DNA from: Chiloscyllium plagiosum
Lineage: Eukaryota
Assembly (NCBI RefSeq): GCF_004010195.1
Contig: NC_057719.1
Location: 75,073,960 to 75,137,959, forward strand
Reading direction: 5' to 3'
DNA length: 64,000 bases
This document shows positions 25,804-39,715 of this stretch, one piece after another. The translations under genes were made by a program, and so were the position numbers. Numbering within the stretch: position 1 is the stretch's first letter; each line of letters opens with the position of its first letter. Under the pieces are notes generated by a model. It saw only the letters and a list, made by a program, of their open reading frames with translations, was not told the origin of the DNA and made no database searches.

Positions 25804-26599
25804 AAGAATCAAGCCAGCACACAATTTAATGGATAATTTAGGAGGTCACAGCCTACTTCATATCTTTAGAAGCTCTGTGCCTTTATCCGTAATGTCATGG
25901 AGCTGAAGTAGTGTGCGAGCAAAGAAAGACGATTCCTGTTTTGATATTTATCTTGGAGCCTGCTACTCTCAATGAAGTCAGTTCCAACCACTCCCATTAC
26001 TCATGGGAATAGCTATGATGAGTAATTAAAACAAAGCACAAAAGTAATGTTCAGTAAAACTCAAGGCTGCAGCAGCACACAAATTCCTGGCCATTTTGGG
26101 CTCACTTCTAATGTATCTGAAATGGATGATAAATTGTAAACCAATGTTGACAGCCATTCAGTATGATTTTCAATGGAGGGCCTCAGAAATGGGATGGATG
26201 AAGCAAACTGGAGTACTGTAAAAGGTGAAATTGTTAATCAATGTAAAATTATTCCAGTTCAGGCAATGTAAGACTGAAGCAGAGCCTTAATACTGTCTTG
26301 CTGCAATTGGTTTCAAGTTAAGAATCTGTTTGCAAGCAATATTTCATTGATTTCATCTGGAACAGCTAGAAAGTGGTGTGAATTACATCATTAGCCTGAC
26401 CTCTACGTGGTCCAGAACATGGTTGAGATTCAGTTAACAGGAGGGCTCTGAAAAGTACCTTCATGGTTTTCAGTGATTCCCTATGGGAATGAAAGGGTAG
26501 TGGTAGATGTTTCACTTTGCAGTGATGAAAATTTTCATTGGCTTACAAAACATGGTCTCAAAGCTGTAATGCCAGCAGTTTGTACTAATTGTTAGCACT

Positions 26600-27785
26600 G
26601 AGGTCATGCCTCACTGTGGGCAACACGTTGGAAATCACTCCCCGCTATTCCTGGTGCCGTCACAAATGTTCAAATGCACAAAATTCTGCAATTTGCCTGT
26701 TCTTTCAGACTCAGGCTCATAGAATACGTGGGCCAGGTTTCTTTACTTAAGAAGTACTTTTTATGAAAAAATAATAAAACTGTACCTACAGGCTAACAGT
26801 CATAAACCATCAACGTTCAACACTACCAATGAAAGTTCTAATCTCCTTATTAACTACCACCCCCCATCCCACACACACACACACAAAACTTCGAAATAAA
26901 ATTAGGAAAACAGTTTCAGTAGTCTTTATTCATAAGATCTGTTAAGTTTTTCTAATCCATTGACAGGACGAGGCCAGCATTTATTGCCCACCCCTAGCTG
27001 CCCAAATGGCAATTCAGAGTCATCCACATTGCTGTGGATCTGGAGTCACGTGTAGGCCAGAGCAGGTGAGGATGGCAGTTTCCCTCCCTCAAGGGCATTC
27101 GTGAATCAGATGGATTTTTCCAACCATAGATTCATGGTCAGCCTGAGACTCTTAATCCCAGATATGCTGTTCGAATTGAATTCGAATTCCATCTTTTGCC
27201 ATGGTGGGACTCAAACCCAGGTTCTTGGAACATTACTCAGTTCTCTGGATTCACAGTCTTAGTGCTTGGGTCTTATTGATCAGAAGGTTTCTTCTCAGCC
27301 TTCCTGTCCTAAGTGCTTTCCCTGGTTTGCACGATGCACATGGTTAAAAAATGTGTTGCTGGAAAAGCTCAGCAGGTCAGGCAGCATCCAAGGAGCAGGA
27401 GAATCGACGTTTCGGGCAAAAGCCCTTCTTCAGCAACACATTTTTCAGCTCTGATCTCCAGCATCTGCAGTCCTCACTTTCTCTATGATGCACAAGGTGG
27501 CTGGTTCCCTCAGGAAACAACTCTGACTGATCAGTTAAGAAGAGACAACATACTGCATTTGCTGAAGTACAGGTAAACTGGTTTTCTTCAGCTTTGTCGT
27601 GGGGTTTGACTGCGGAGAACAGAGTGACAGCTCTTGGACTAGTGGAGATCTGATCACTGCTCCCTGCATGAAAGCAAAATACTACAGAACATCTCAGATT
27701 CAGTTTGTCTGCTACCCAGCCTTTGATGACTGCTTGCTTAAATAACTCACACGATGCATCAGGCTACTTGCTCTTCACAACATGC
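26600..27785 (-). mobile_element. Possible solo-LTR-like element with a nested SINE (26960-27265) and a PLE fold-back (27345-27484)
   Basis: 26600-26670 is the reverse complement homolog of 2104-2160. The nested repeats are recognised from other copies. Confidence 0.4.
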
Positions 27786-29793
27786 AGCAATCCTTTAACA
27801 CAATGGTTTTAAAACAATGCACTCTCATTTCAGTCCACAATTTTAAAAGATGCAAAAATAAAAAGAGACACTAATTACATGTTGAAAATTTCCCAATACA
27901 AATGGAGCATTTCTTGGGCAACTGGGGAAGGAGGAGAAAATATTCATGTGACATTAGAGGAATTTGGATGGAGCTCAACTGAATCTAATTGAATGAACTG
28001 TAAAAGACAAATTGAAAATTTTGTGAGACAATAAGACTTTTTGGAAATTTGGTTTTTAACCTGAGGGTGGTGAAAACACAAAATAAAAAGGATCTATGCA
28101 TCAGTTGTAAAGGGCATTGGCCAGGCTCCATGTGGAGTACAGGGTATTATGGAAGGATACAGTGGCCATGGAGTAGTATCAGATTCACTAGAATGATACA
28201 AAGGCCAAAGAAACCATTAGAAATCTGATTGCTTATTGGTAACTTGAGTGCCCTTGAAACTTGAATGCTCTTGAATATTGGAGATTAAAGGGTGTGCCTG
28301 AAATGTTGACTCACCTGCTCCTCAGATGCTGCCTGACCTGCTGTGCTTTTCCAGCACCACACTTTTCGACTCAGGTGCTCACAACAAAATGGCTACCATA
28401 TCCAAGACAGAGGAAAAGAAATTAGCTCATCAAGAGTGCTCCGCCATTCAATCATGGCTGATAAGTTCCTCAACCCCATTCTTCCACTTTCTCCCCGTAA
28501 CCCTTGATCCCCTTGACAATCAAGAACCGATCTATCTCTGTCTTAAAAATACAGAATGACCTGGCCTCCACAGCCTTCTGTGGCAGTGAATTCCACAGAT
28601 TCCCCACTCTCTGGCTGAAGATGTTTCTCCTTATCTCCGTTCTAAAAGGTCTTCCCTTTACTCTAAGGCTATGCCCTTGGATCATAATCTCTCCTACCAA
28701 TGGAAACAGCTTCCCAACATCCACTCTGTCCAGGCCATTCAGTATTCTGTATGTTTCAGTTAGATCCTCCTCATCCTTTCAAACTTCATCGAATATAGAC
28801 ACAGAGTCCTCAAAGTTTCCTCATATGTTTAGCTTTTTGTTCCTGGGACCATTCTCATGAATCTCATCTGAACACGCTCCAGGGCCAGTACACCCTTCAT
28901 GAGATATGGGGCCCAAAACTGCACATAATACTCCAAATGTGGCCTGACCAGAGGCTTATAGAGCCTCAGAAATACATCCCTGCTTTTATAATCAAGTCAT
29001 CTCGAAATAAACTCCATCATTGCATTTGCCTTCCTAACTACTGACTCAACCTGGAAGTTTATCTTGAGAGAATCCTGGGCTAGAACTCCCAAGCCTCTTT
29101 GCACTTCAGACTTCTGAATTTTCTCCTCATTTAGACAGTAGTCCATGCCTCTCTTGTTCTTACCAAGGTGCATGACTGCACACTTTCCCACATTGTACTC
29201 CTTCTGCCACTTCTCTGTCCACTCTCCTAACCTGTCCAAATTCTTCTGCAGCCTCCCCGCCTCCTTATTGCTACCTGTCCAGTTACCTATCTTTGTATTA
29301 TCTGCAAACATAGCCAGAATGCCCTCAGTTCCTTCATCTAGATCATTAATGTATAAAGTAAAAAGTTGTGGTCCCAACACTGAGTCTTGCAGAACACCAC
29401 TTAGAGTCATAGAGATGTACAGCATGGAAACAGGCCCTTCAGTCCAACCCATCCATGCCGACCAGATATCCCAACCCAATCTAGTCCCACCTGCCAGCAC
29501 CCAGTCCATATCCCTCCAAACCCTTCCTATTCCAATACCCATCCAAATGCCTCTTAAATGTTGCAATTGTACCAGTCTCCACCACTTCCTCTGGCAGCTC
29601 ATTCCATACACGTACCACCCTCTGCGTGAAAAAGTTGACCCTTTTATAGGTCTCTTTGATATCTTTCCCCTCTCACCCTAAACCTATGCTCTCCAGTTCT
29701 GGACTCCATGACCCCAGGGAAAAGACTTTGTCTATTTACCCGATCCATGCCCCCCATATTTTTGTAAACCTCTATAAGATCACCCCTCAGCCT

Positions 29794-30085
29794 NNNNNNN
29801 NNNNNNNNNNNNNNNNNNNNNNNNNNNNNNNNNNNNNNNNNNNNNNNNNNNNNNNNNNNNNNNNNNNNNNNNNNNNNNNNNNNNNNNNNNNNNNNNNNNN
29901 NNNNNNNNNNNNNNNNNNNNNNNNNNNNNNNNNNNNNNNNNNNNNNNNNNNNNNNNNNNNNNNNNNNNNNNNNNNNNNNNNNNNNNNNNNNNNNNNNNNN
30001 NNNNNNNNNNNNNNNNNNNNNNNNNNNNNNNNNNNNNNNNNNNNNNNNNNNNNNNNNNNNNNNNNNNNNNNNNNNNNNNNNNNNN
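29794..30085. other. Assembly gap (292 N) inside a young CR1
   Basis: Run of N flanked on both sides by minus-strand CR1 ORF2. Confidence 0.99.
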
Positions 30086-31620
30086 GTCACAGGCCTCCAG
30101 TCTGAAAAACAACCCTCCACCACCACCCACTGTCTTCTACCTTTGAGCCAGTTCTGTATCCAAATGGCTAGTTCTCCCTGTATTCCATGAATCTAACCTT
30201 GCTAATCAGTCTGCCATGGGGAATCTTGTCGAACGCCTTACTGTCACCAGCTGCTATCCTGAGAAGGACTCTTTTATCCCCACTCTCTGCTTTCTGCCAG
30301 AAAACTAAGCTTCTATCCATGCTAGCATCTCTAACACCATGGGCCCTTATCCTACTCCATAGCTTCCTGTGTAGCACATTGTCAAAGGCCTTCTTGAAGC
30401 CCAGGCAGATAATACCCATTGGCTCTCCTTGGTCTAACCTGCTCATTACTTCCTCAAAGAATTCTAGTAGATTTATCTGGCATGACCTCCCCTTGATGAA
30501 ACCATGCTAACTCTGCCTTATTTTACCATGCACTTCCAAGTATTCAGAAATCTCATCCTTCATGATGAATTCCAGGATCTTATGCATGACTGAGGTCAAG
30601 ATAAATTGATCTGTAATTTTCCATCTTCTGCCTTACTCCCTTTTTAAACAGGGGTGTTACATTAGCAATTTTCCAGTCCTCTGGGACCCTCCCTGATTCT
30701 AGTGATCCCTGAAAGATCACCACTAATGCCTCCGCTATCCTTCAGCTATCTCCCTTAGAACTCTGGGGTGTAGTCCATCTGGTTCAGGTGACTTATCCAC
30801 TTCAGGCCATTCAGTTTTTCCAGCACCTTCTCCTTGGTGATGACACCATACTCAGCTCTGCCTCTGACTCCCTTGAATTTTTGAGAAACTACTTGTGTCT
30901 CCCATGAAGACTGACGTGAAGTAATTATTCAGTTCCTCAGCCATTTCTTTGTTCCTCACTACTATCTCTCCTGCATCATTTTTCAGTGGCCCATTGTCCA
31001 CTTTTCCTTCTCTTTTGCCCTTTATATGTCTGAAGAAACTCTCACAGTCTTCCTTTGCTTACTGGCTAGCCTATCCTCCTATTTAATCTTCACCCTCCTT
31101 ATTTCTTTTCTTTATTATGCTCTATTGGTCTTAGAAAGTTTCCCAATCCTCTGCTTTCTCACTGCCCTTCACCACATTAAATGCTTTTTCTTTTGCTTTT
31201 ATGCTAACCCTGACTTCCCTAGTCAGCCATGGTTGCCTCATCCTCCCTGTACCATTCTGCTTTTTCCTCAGGATGTGCTCTGCTGTGTTTCCTGACTTAC
31301 TCCCAGAAACTCCTGTCATTGTTGTTCCACTGTCTTTCCTGCCAGGCTCCTCTCTCAGTCAATTCTACCCAGCTCCTCCCTCATGCCTCTGTAATTGCCT
31401 TTATTCAGCTGTAATATCATTACCTCTGATTTTCTTTTTTCTCTCTCACATTGCAGAGTAAATTCCATCATATTATGATCACTGCTTCCTAAGGGTTCCT
31501 TCACCTTAAGCTCCTTTATCAAGTCTGCCTCATTGCACTAAATCCAGTTTTGCCTGTTCCCTAGTGGGGGCTCCATCACAAGCTGCTCCAAAAAGCCATC
31601 TAGTAGACGTTCCACAATGC

Positions 31621-31950
31621 CACATGATGGCTCAGTGGTTAGCATTGCTGCCTCACAGCACCAGGGACCTAGGTTCGATTCCAACCTCGGGCGACTGTCT
31701 GTTTGGAGTTTGCACATTCTCCTTGTGTCTGCATGGGTTTCCTCCGGGTGCTCTGGTTTCCTCCCACAATCCAAAGATGTGTGGGTCTGGTGAATTGGCC
31801 ATGCTAAATTGCCCATAGTGTTCAGGGATGCATAGGTTAGGTGCATCAGTCAGAAGTAAATGTAAAGGAATGGGTTCTGGGTGGGTTACTCTTCAAAGGG
31901 TCGGTGTGGACTTGAAGGCCTGTTTCCACACTGTAGGGAATCTAATCTAA
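31621..31950 (+). mobile_element. HE1-like V-SINE, near full length
   Basis: A box tggctcagtgg, B box ggttcgattcc, V-domain and (aatct)n tail. Confidence 0.88.
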
Positions 31951-32445
31951 TCATTTCTTGTGATCCACTACCTACCTGATTTCCCCAGTCCACCTGTATA
32001 TTGAAATTCCCCATGATCATTGTAACTTTGCATTTCCTAAACATCACTTCTGCGTCCTGGTGTATCTTGCGCCCCAGCTCCTGACTACTGTTTAGAGGCC
32101 TATACATGACTCCAACTACGTTTTTTAACCATTGAGTTCCTCAATTCTACCCACACAGATTCCACAGTATCTGACCCTACTTAATTTCTTATTGTTGATG
32201 TAATTTCATTTCTTACTAATGGAGCAACCCCACCCTCTCTGCCCACCTGTCTATCTTTTCGATAAGATGTAACCCTTGAATATTCATCTCCCAATCCTGA
32301 TCCCCTTGCAGCCATGTCTCTGAGATGCCCATATGTTATACCTGCCCATTTTGATCTGTACCACAAGCTCATTTACCTTATTCTTTACACTGTGTGCATT
32401 CAGATATAACGCCTTTAATCCTTTGTTAACCATCCCTCTTCTCAT

Positions 32446-32600
32446 AGAACATAGAACATTACAGCGCAGTACAGGTCCCTCGGTCCTCGATGTTGCTTCG
32501 ACCAGTGGAACCAATCTGAAGCCCATCTAACTATTCCATTCTCGTCTGTATGCCTAACCAATGACCATTTAAGTGCCTTAAAGTTGACAAATCTACCACA
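32446..32600 (-). mobile_element. CR1 3'-tail fragment, same subfamily as 58325-59259
   Basis: catagaacattacagcgcagtac...aatctgaagcccatctaac is shared with 58334-58415. Confidence 0.75.
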
Positions 32601-33432
32601 CTGTGAATTGTCATTGTCATTGTCTCGTTGTGATTCGTTTGTGCAGTGTACTAGAAGTTTGATTGTTAATCGTTTCCAGGTGCTCTGTCCTATTTGTGTC
32701 TGTGCTGGAGATTTTAATAACCTTTCCCGAGTTCTGCACTCTTACCACCTCTTTTAATTTGGGTTTTCTGATTTTCCCCACAACTGTCAGAAGGGACTGC
32801 ACACCTTAGACGGAAGAGGCTTTTTTGTCTGGTAGAGAGAAAAAGAATAAGGGGATCCACTGTCCAAATTGGAGCAGAACTACCTCAGAGTGAAACTGTA
32901 CAGTGGGTTCTCCCACAAGGGAAGACGGATATTGTGAGCTTGTTTCCCACCTTCTACAGCCTTCAGAGGATGGGGAGTGTGCATATGGGTCCTGGGTGGA
33001 ATGTAATTCAAGTTTTTAACACTGCAATCTATTTTTGCTAAGCAAGGGCTCCCAGGGATAAGAAGCAAAGGCTGGAAAATGGAGTCACAGTGGCAGTGTG
33101 CCATGATCTGATTGAACATCGAAGTGTGCTCAAGGGGCTGAATGGCCTCATTGTGTTGCAGCCATTCTAATCAGTGATGATTCAAAACGATGTCTCCACA
33201 GGTGGGGCAGCACATTGAAGAATGGCTGAGAGACTTGCGTCCAACTGACATTGTTTGGAGTTGGATGCCGCATTGTGTTAGTCATGGTGCTTTAGAGATG
33301 TCCTTCCAGCCAGTGTTAAACCACCGACAGTTTACATAATGGAAGCTGACTCTTTGACCGCGAATGTAAAAATGTGTCATTCTTGGAAACACACCAGGTC
33401 GTGGCCGTTGCTGGAATACAGCAAGTGAATGT

Positions 33433-33566
33433 AAGAGTTATGAAGTGTGGCTTGTCTGAAGTGTGATGTACTGAAGTTTAAAAATGTCCTTCCCAAAGGT
33501 TTTATTTATGAGCTTCCCTAGATGAATAACAGCGATGACTTAATTGTTTCCTGATCATCCCCACTG
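33433..33566 (+). repeat. Source arm of a perfect 134-bp inverted repeat (partner 35304-35437)
   Basis: aagagttatgaagtgtgg...gatcatccccactg is the reverse complement of 35304-35437. Confidence 0.93.
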
Positions 33567-33719
33567 CACAATCCGAAATTCCGATGGCATGATATCGAGT
33601 GGTTAAGTGTCTAGAGAAGGTTCTGGGTGACTGGGTCAGGGCATATTCAGCCTGTCTGCCTTCCCAGCCACATCGTGGGGAAAGCCTAGCTCATGGTGAC
33701 CACCAGGAACACTATTGTC

Positions 33720-34112
33720 AGAAGGATGTTGCCAGAATTGGAGGGTTTGAGCTATAGGGAGAGACTGAGTAAGCTGGGGCTGTTTGCCCTGGTACTTCGG
33801 AGGCTGAGGGGTGACCTTACAGAGGGGACATGGATAGGATAGCCCAGGTCTATTCCTCGGGGTAGGGGAGTCCAGAACTAGAGGGCATAGGTTTAAGGTC
33901 AGAGGGGAAAGACGGTGTGGCGTGTATGGAACGAGCTGCCAGAGGAAATGGTGGAGGCTGGTACAATTACAACATTTAAAAGGCATCTGGATGGGTATAA
34001 GAATAGGAAGGGTTTAGAGGGAAAAGGGACTAGATTAATTTAGGATATCTGGTCGGCATGGACAAGTTGGACTGAAGGGTCTGTTTCCGTGCTGTGCACC
34101 TCTATGACTCTA
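33720..34112 (+). mobile_element. CR1 3' fragment
   Basis: aggatgttgcca...aggctgaggggtgacctt...ctctatgactcta. Confidence 0.85.
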
Positions 34113-34944
34113 AGTCAAACAACAATGTGCAATGGACTGGAGGTGAGTCGGGAGTTGGGGGGGTTGCTCCAAGAGGGTTAGCGGTTGGGTCTAGAGAGGT
34201 GAGATGATGGCTACAGGAGCTGTGTTTGCAGGCCAGGGAGGAGACCCGCAAGAATTAAAATGCAGTAACCTTTGGATTTCTCTTTGGAGGCTCTGCATGT
34301 CACCTGGATGATAGCTGGGGTGTCTACGCTTTGTCGCTCCACTGATAGCACTCTCACCTCTGATCTGCAAAGTTTGCAGGTTCAAGTCTCACTTCAATGC
34401 TTGAGTACAAGATCCAACAGCACTGATTGAGTTAGCTCGACACTGTCAGTGGAATACTGAGGCAGTGCTGCACTCCACCTCGATAAGAAATTAAACTGTG
34501 TCACTGGTTATAAAGGACCTTCTGCCCCTTTTTCAAAGTAGATCAGGGACATTATCCAGCGTCCAGGTCAATATCTATTTCAAAGTCAACACGAGACCAA
34601 TTATTTAATTGCTAACACCATGTTGTTTGGGAACTTGCTTTGTGCAAAAAGACTGTTGTGTTTCCTTCATAATAACAGGGGCAGCTTCAAATTATTTCTT
34701 CAGCTCTCTGGGTCAAAATAATTTATTTTCCCTCAAGCGCTCCTCTTGTGGTTTTCTCAAAGGCCTGTTTGTTTCTCCGGAGCTGCTTTCTGGTTTTCAG
34801 ACGCTTCTTTTTCAAACTCACTAACCCTAACCCTACTCCTTTATTACGTGACATGTTACATCTATCATTACCTTCTGTTTTTATGTTGAATAGCATTTAG
34901 GGTCTCCTTTATATTGATATGATAGTGCAACAATTATATATTAG

Positions 34945-35640
34945 TAAGTTTACTGAAACTCTCATTCATGCCTTTGATTAGATTAGATTAGATTAGATTA
35001 CATTACAGTGTGGAAACAGGCCCTTCGGCCCAACAAGTCCACACCGACCCGCCGAAGCGAAACCCACCCATACCCCTACATTTACCCCTTACCTAACACT
35101 ACGGGCAATTTAGCATGGCCAATTCACCTGACCCTGCACATCTTTTTTGGACTGTGGGAGGAAACCGGAGCACCCGGAGGAAACCCACGCAGACACGGGG
35201 AGAACATGCAAACTCCACACAGTCAGTCGCCTGAGGCGGGAATTGAACCTGGGTCTCTGGCGCTGTGAGACAGCAGTGCTAACCACTGTGCCACCGTGCC
35301 GCCCAGTGGGGATGATCAGGAAACAATTAAGTCATCGCTGTTATTCATCTAGGGAAGCTCATAAATAAAACCTTTGGGAAGGACATTTTTAAACTTCAGT
35401 ACATCACACTTCAGACAAGCCACACTTCATAACTCTTTGTTATCTCTACACTGGACAATTCCAACACACTCCTGGCAAGTCTCTTCCATTGGCCCCTTTG
35501 TTAGTCCTGAGGTTTCGCAGTTTGAAGCACCTTGCACATTTCGTTAAGTTAAGGTTGCTCTATTGAACTTCATACTCGATTCTAAATGCTGCTGTGTTCT
35601 CCATCTAAAGCTCTGAGGTCTTCAAACTAAACCTGCTCTC
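34945..35640 (+). mobile_element. Old L2 LINE fragment split by the SINE insertion
   Basis: Rejoining the flanks gives ETLIHAFVISTLDNSNTLLA, resembling the L2 ORF2 motif (IHAFVTSRLDYxN). Confidence 0.6.
34976..35303 (-). mobile_element. Full-length young HE1-like V-SINE
   Basis: Starts gggcggcacggtggcacagtggttagcac. A box 35283-35293, B box 35239-35249, intact V-domain, (taatc)n tail and many intact CpGs. Confidence 0.93.
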
Positions 35641-36069
35641 CTATCCTCAAGCTTCATCCCCTAGCACTGAAGCTCAGCTCACGTTATTTGTGGAGATCTA
35701 GATAAATTTCCAGGGCACTTCGTTCAATAGCTTTTCCAACCCCAGATTGTGAACTAGCCCATCATGCCAGCTACCAGTCTTTTTTTTTAAGCTAGGTTGC
35801 CTTCATATAGCCTGATCCAGGTTCACAGAAAGGCACACATGTTGTTGCACAGGATTAAACACAATAAATAAGAATAAAATAATCAGCTACCTGTCTTTCG
35901 GGAGGTGAATGCACCAGCTGCTTCCCCTGACTTTGAGTGCTCGTTGGCTGCCAGTCGCATTGGGACAACCGGCAGTCATGAAGAGCACTATATAAATCGA
36001 AATCTTTTCTCAGTTTAGAACTGCTGGCCAAACAGGGCCCAGTTGGCATTCAGAAGAGGTCTACAGCCT

Positions 36070-36350
36070 GGGGTGGTTAGCACTGCTGCCTTAAAGTGCC
36101 AGGAACCCGGGTTCAATTCCACCCTCAGGTGACTGTCAGTTCTTCCGGGTGCTGCGGTTTCGTCCTACAGTCTAAAGATGTACTGCTTAGGTGGATTGGC
36201 CATACTAAATTGTCCCATAGTGTCCAAGAATGTTCAGGCTAAGTGGGTTAGCCATGAGGAATGTAAGGTTACAGGGATGGAGTGAGTCTGGATGGGATAC
36301 TCTTCGGAGGGTTGGTGTGGATGTGATGGGCTGAATGGGCCTACTTCCTG
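36070..36350 (+). mobile_element. HE1-like SINE with an internal deletion
   Basis: gtggttagcactgctgcc...cccgggttcaattcc...ctaaattgtcccatagtg. Confidence 0.8.
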
Positions 36351-37217
36351 TATTGATCCTATGGCTTGAGGGCAGAATGGTGTTATCTAATGGTGGATGA
36401 AATTTACTGGAGCCACAAAGGGGCACTTAGTCACTGCCTTTGACTCCAAGGGCGCATTGCCTTCCCCCCTCCTGGAGTCTCAACGTTTTACCCCATTCCT
36501 TTCTACTTTGTGATGGGAAGAAATAAGTCTTTGTGTTTTGGTGACAGGGATCTGGAGATCAGATGATTTCACATCAAGGAGGAGGTTGTCATTGGGCAAG
36601 GCACCATGGGATTCCTCCAGGCCCTTATGACACTTGAGACTCTGGTGTGCGATGCACTGGAGATCGTAAGAAGAGAAAAGAAAAATATTTAAACATGGGA
36701 CCAAATAAAAAGAAAACAGAACTGAAGGAATGTTTATATGGAACATGCCAGAGACTTAACAGAGTCCAGGGCACCGGACTAGTGGTGATGTTAGACCAAT
36801 GAAATTGGAAATGCATTGAATGGGATTAAAAGAAAACTGTCAATTGTTTATTAAAAACGGAGCAATCCACTGGGGCATCACATAAACTGTGCAGCATAAG
36901 TAAAAAACACTTCCGTAAAAGGCAGTCTGCATACCAGACAGCAGAATAAGATGAGACAGATCTTGAAACTTTCAACAGTGAAACCACACTGGAAGGACTG
37001 AACTCTGGCAGATGCTCTCTTGCACTTGGCGAAACGGGATTCAGTCTGCTGAGTGTCAGGCCATTTCTGAGGAGCTTTACTCACAGGGACAGATTGGCCA
37101 GGGAGCTGTGGATGAGCTGACTTTGGTATCTTGACCATTTAAATTAAGTTGTAGGCCCACATCTTGCTTAGTTTTGCTCCCTTTATGCTGAAAATGCCCA
37201 AATGATGAATTGGAAAA

Positions 37218-37710
37218 CAGACAGACACACACACATGGACACACACACATGGACACACATACACGGACACACATGGACATGGAGACACAGACACGGAGAC
37301 ATGGACATGAACACACATACGGATGCACAGATACACACGTACACACACACACAAATGACCCTGCACAGACATAGACACGCATATACACACACAGATGCAC
37401 ATACCTACACTCATACCATGACACACACGCGCTCACACACACACAGATGTACACACGTATATACACACACACAAAACCACATACACACACATACATATGC
37501 ACACATACAGATACAGACACCCACTTTGGAGACAGATACCCACTTATAACCCATGTACAAACACATAAAACACATGCGAACGCACATGATTACAGACACA
37601 CACACATATGCACACGTGGACACACCCATGTACAATCCTTACACACAAGCGTATACACACAAGCACATAGTCAAACACACACCAATCCCCCCTCCCAATA
37701 CACACACACA
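37218..37710 (+). repeat. Degenerate (CA)n-rich microsatellite
   Basis: Imperfect CA/TA/CG dinucleotide runs. Confidence 0.92.
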
Positions 37711-37909
37711 TTCACTGAATTGGTGTTAATACTCTGGGGATGTGGGTTTAAATCCCACTTCAGCAACTGCTGGAATTTGAAATCAGTTGATAAATTGGAA
37801 TATAAAAAGCTGGTCTTTGTCGTCATCAGTTGTGAAAATCCATAAGGTTCACGAGTGCCCTTTCAAGAAGGAAATCCCCAGGTAGGTGCAGTACAATTTG
37901 GCTGAATGG

Positions 37910-38990
37910 GAAGTTGTATGCAATATTGCAAAACATTGAACAGCAGCACATGTAAATGGTGATGTATTGGGTAGTGTAGATGTACAAAAGGCTCTGGGTT
38001 CCTTGTGCACTAGTCTGGAAAAGTAGACAGTCCGATGCAGCAAGTAATTAGTAATTAGGTATATTAGCCTTCATTACAATAGGATTTGAGTTCAGAAATT
38101 GGATATCTTGCTGCAGTTATCCAAGGCCATGGTGGGACTACAGCTGGGGTGTTGCATGCAGCATTGATCTTGCGACTGAAGAAAAGATGGACTCTCCTTA
38201 GATGGAGTGAAGAGGAGGCTCACTAGACTGGTAACAGGAATGTCGGGATTAACCTATTCAGTTTCCCTCTATTTTTCTGTCCATCTGTGTGGGACTGTGA
38301 CGTGTGTGTGTGTGTGAGAGAGAGAGAGATTGGACAGCATCTTCTGGATGTCCTGCTAACATGCAGATGCTGAATACCATATGTAGAGCATGTGCTGTTT
38401 AGAGGGAGCATTAGTCCTGTGGGGCAAGAATCATTAGACTGGACCATTGCAGTTTAGAAAGATGAGAGGAGATCTGATTGAAACCTGTAAAACTCTAAGA
38501 GGGCTGGGCAAACTAGAATCAGGGAGGATGTCTTCCCTGGTTGGGGAGTCTAGAACTGGGGTGGGGGGGGGTGGGTGCATAGGCTCAGGATAAAAAGTAG
38601 GCCATTCGGACTGGGAGAGTGAGGACTGCAGATGCTGGAGATCAGAGTCAAGCATGTGGTGTTGGAAAAGCACAGCAGGTCAGGCAGCATCTGCGGAGCA
38701 GGAGAATCGATGTTTCGGGCATAAACCAGAAATTACTGATGAATGGCATTAAGGACTGAGATGAGGAAAAGGTTCTTCACTCAAAAAGAACTTGAGGAAT
38801 TCTCTATCACAGAAGGCCAAGTCACTGAATATGTTTGAGCAACAAATCATTAATTGTTGAGATATTAAAGGCAATGAGGGGTATGGGGAGACAGTGGGAA
38901 GTTGATGTTGAGCTAGAGGATCAGCTATAATCATATTGAATGGCAGAGCAGGTTCGAAGGGCCAAATGGCCTACTCTTTCTTGTTTCTAT
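37910..38990 (+). mobile_element. Old CR1 3' fragments with a nested PLE-terminal piece (38613-38725)
   Basis: agaaggatgagaggagatctgattgaaac and the CR1 3'UTR gaatggcagagcagg...gggccaaatggcctact. Confidence 0.7.
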
Positions 38991-39194
38991 GTCTCTACTT
39001 TTACCTTGTCTGGCCTATGTGTGACTCCAGACCCACAGCAATCTAGTGGACTCTTAATTGCATCTGAAATGGCCAAGTGAGCCACTTTTTTCCAGGGGTA
39101 ATTCGGGCTGCAGCAATAAATGCTGGCCTTTCCAGTATCGCCCACATCCCATTAAAAGAAAAAAGAAAACAAAATATCAGAATTTTAAAAAATA

Positions 39195-39715
39195 TTCCAA
39201 AAATATATTTTATTCATAAAAAATTCCTTTTATACATATACGTAGTCACAAACACAGTTCAGTTCTGTGCAATAGTATATGAAGGAAACAAGCAAACGTT
39301 GTTTGACTCTATCCAACAAACCACCCAAAAGCATCTTTCACTTGTACAAGACCATATTTATATGCGATTGAGACACCAGGAGGTTCTGATAACTGAATGT
39401 TCCCCCATTTAACTTTAGCAGAAAGACCTGGTATAATGGCCTTTCCCCACTGGAACCCGGCAGCAGCTGCTCCAACCTTTAGTGCTTCTCTCAGCACTGG
39501 AACTTTGGAATGTGCCAGTCTGCAACACTCAGTTGAGGTAAACTCCTTGTTCTGGAAGGTCAACGCAGTTTGGGCAGACCGAAGAGCATCTTTGACCAAG
39601 TTGATGGTCCTCCAAACGCAGTCAATGTTTGTTTTGGTGTGTTCCTGGGAAACAGACTGTAGAGCATAGATTGCTATGCAACCATTACTGATAACTGACA
39701 TGCTAATTTTCTGCA
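39195..39715 (-). mobile_element. Tx1-like (L1 group) LINE 3' fragment
   Basis: Minus-strand CVWRTINLVKDALRSA...FQNKE...ECCRLAHSKV...LKVGAAAAGFQWGKA resembles the vertebrate Tx1 ORF2 C-terminus. AATAAA-containing tail. Confidence 0.68.

Larger units (their letters stand above)
28430..32410 (-). mobile_element. Long degenerate CR1 LINE (endonuclease to RT to 3'UTR) with nested elements
   Basis: Minus-strand LKALYLNAHSVKNKVNEL (APE start), RKDRQVGREGGVA, IMGNFN, FKKAFDNV, GVLQDSVLGPQLFTLYINDL, FADNTK and 3'UTR. Nested CR1 at 29402-30240 and SINE at 31621-31950. Confidence 0.9.

Noticed and set aside
29644..30130. ORFs spanning the N run
   Set aside because: Artefacts of the assembly gap within a CR1.
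35230..35303. tRNA gene
   Set aside because: The A/B boxes belong to a SINE head that continues into the V-domain and LINE-like tail.
33433..35437. DNA transposon with 134-bp TIRs
   Set aside because: No TSD outside the arms and no transposase. The right arm lies within the SINE's own TSD.
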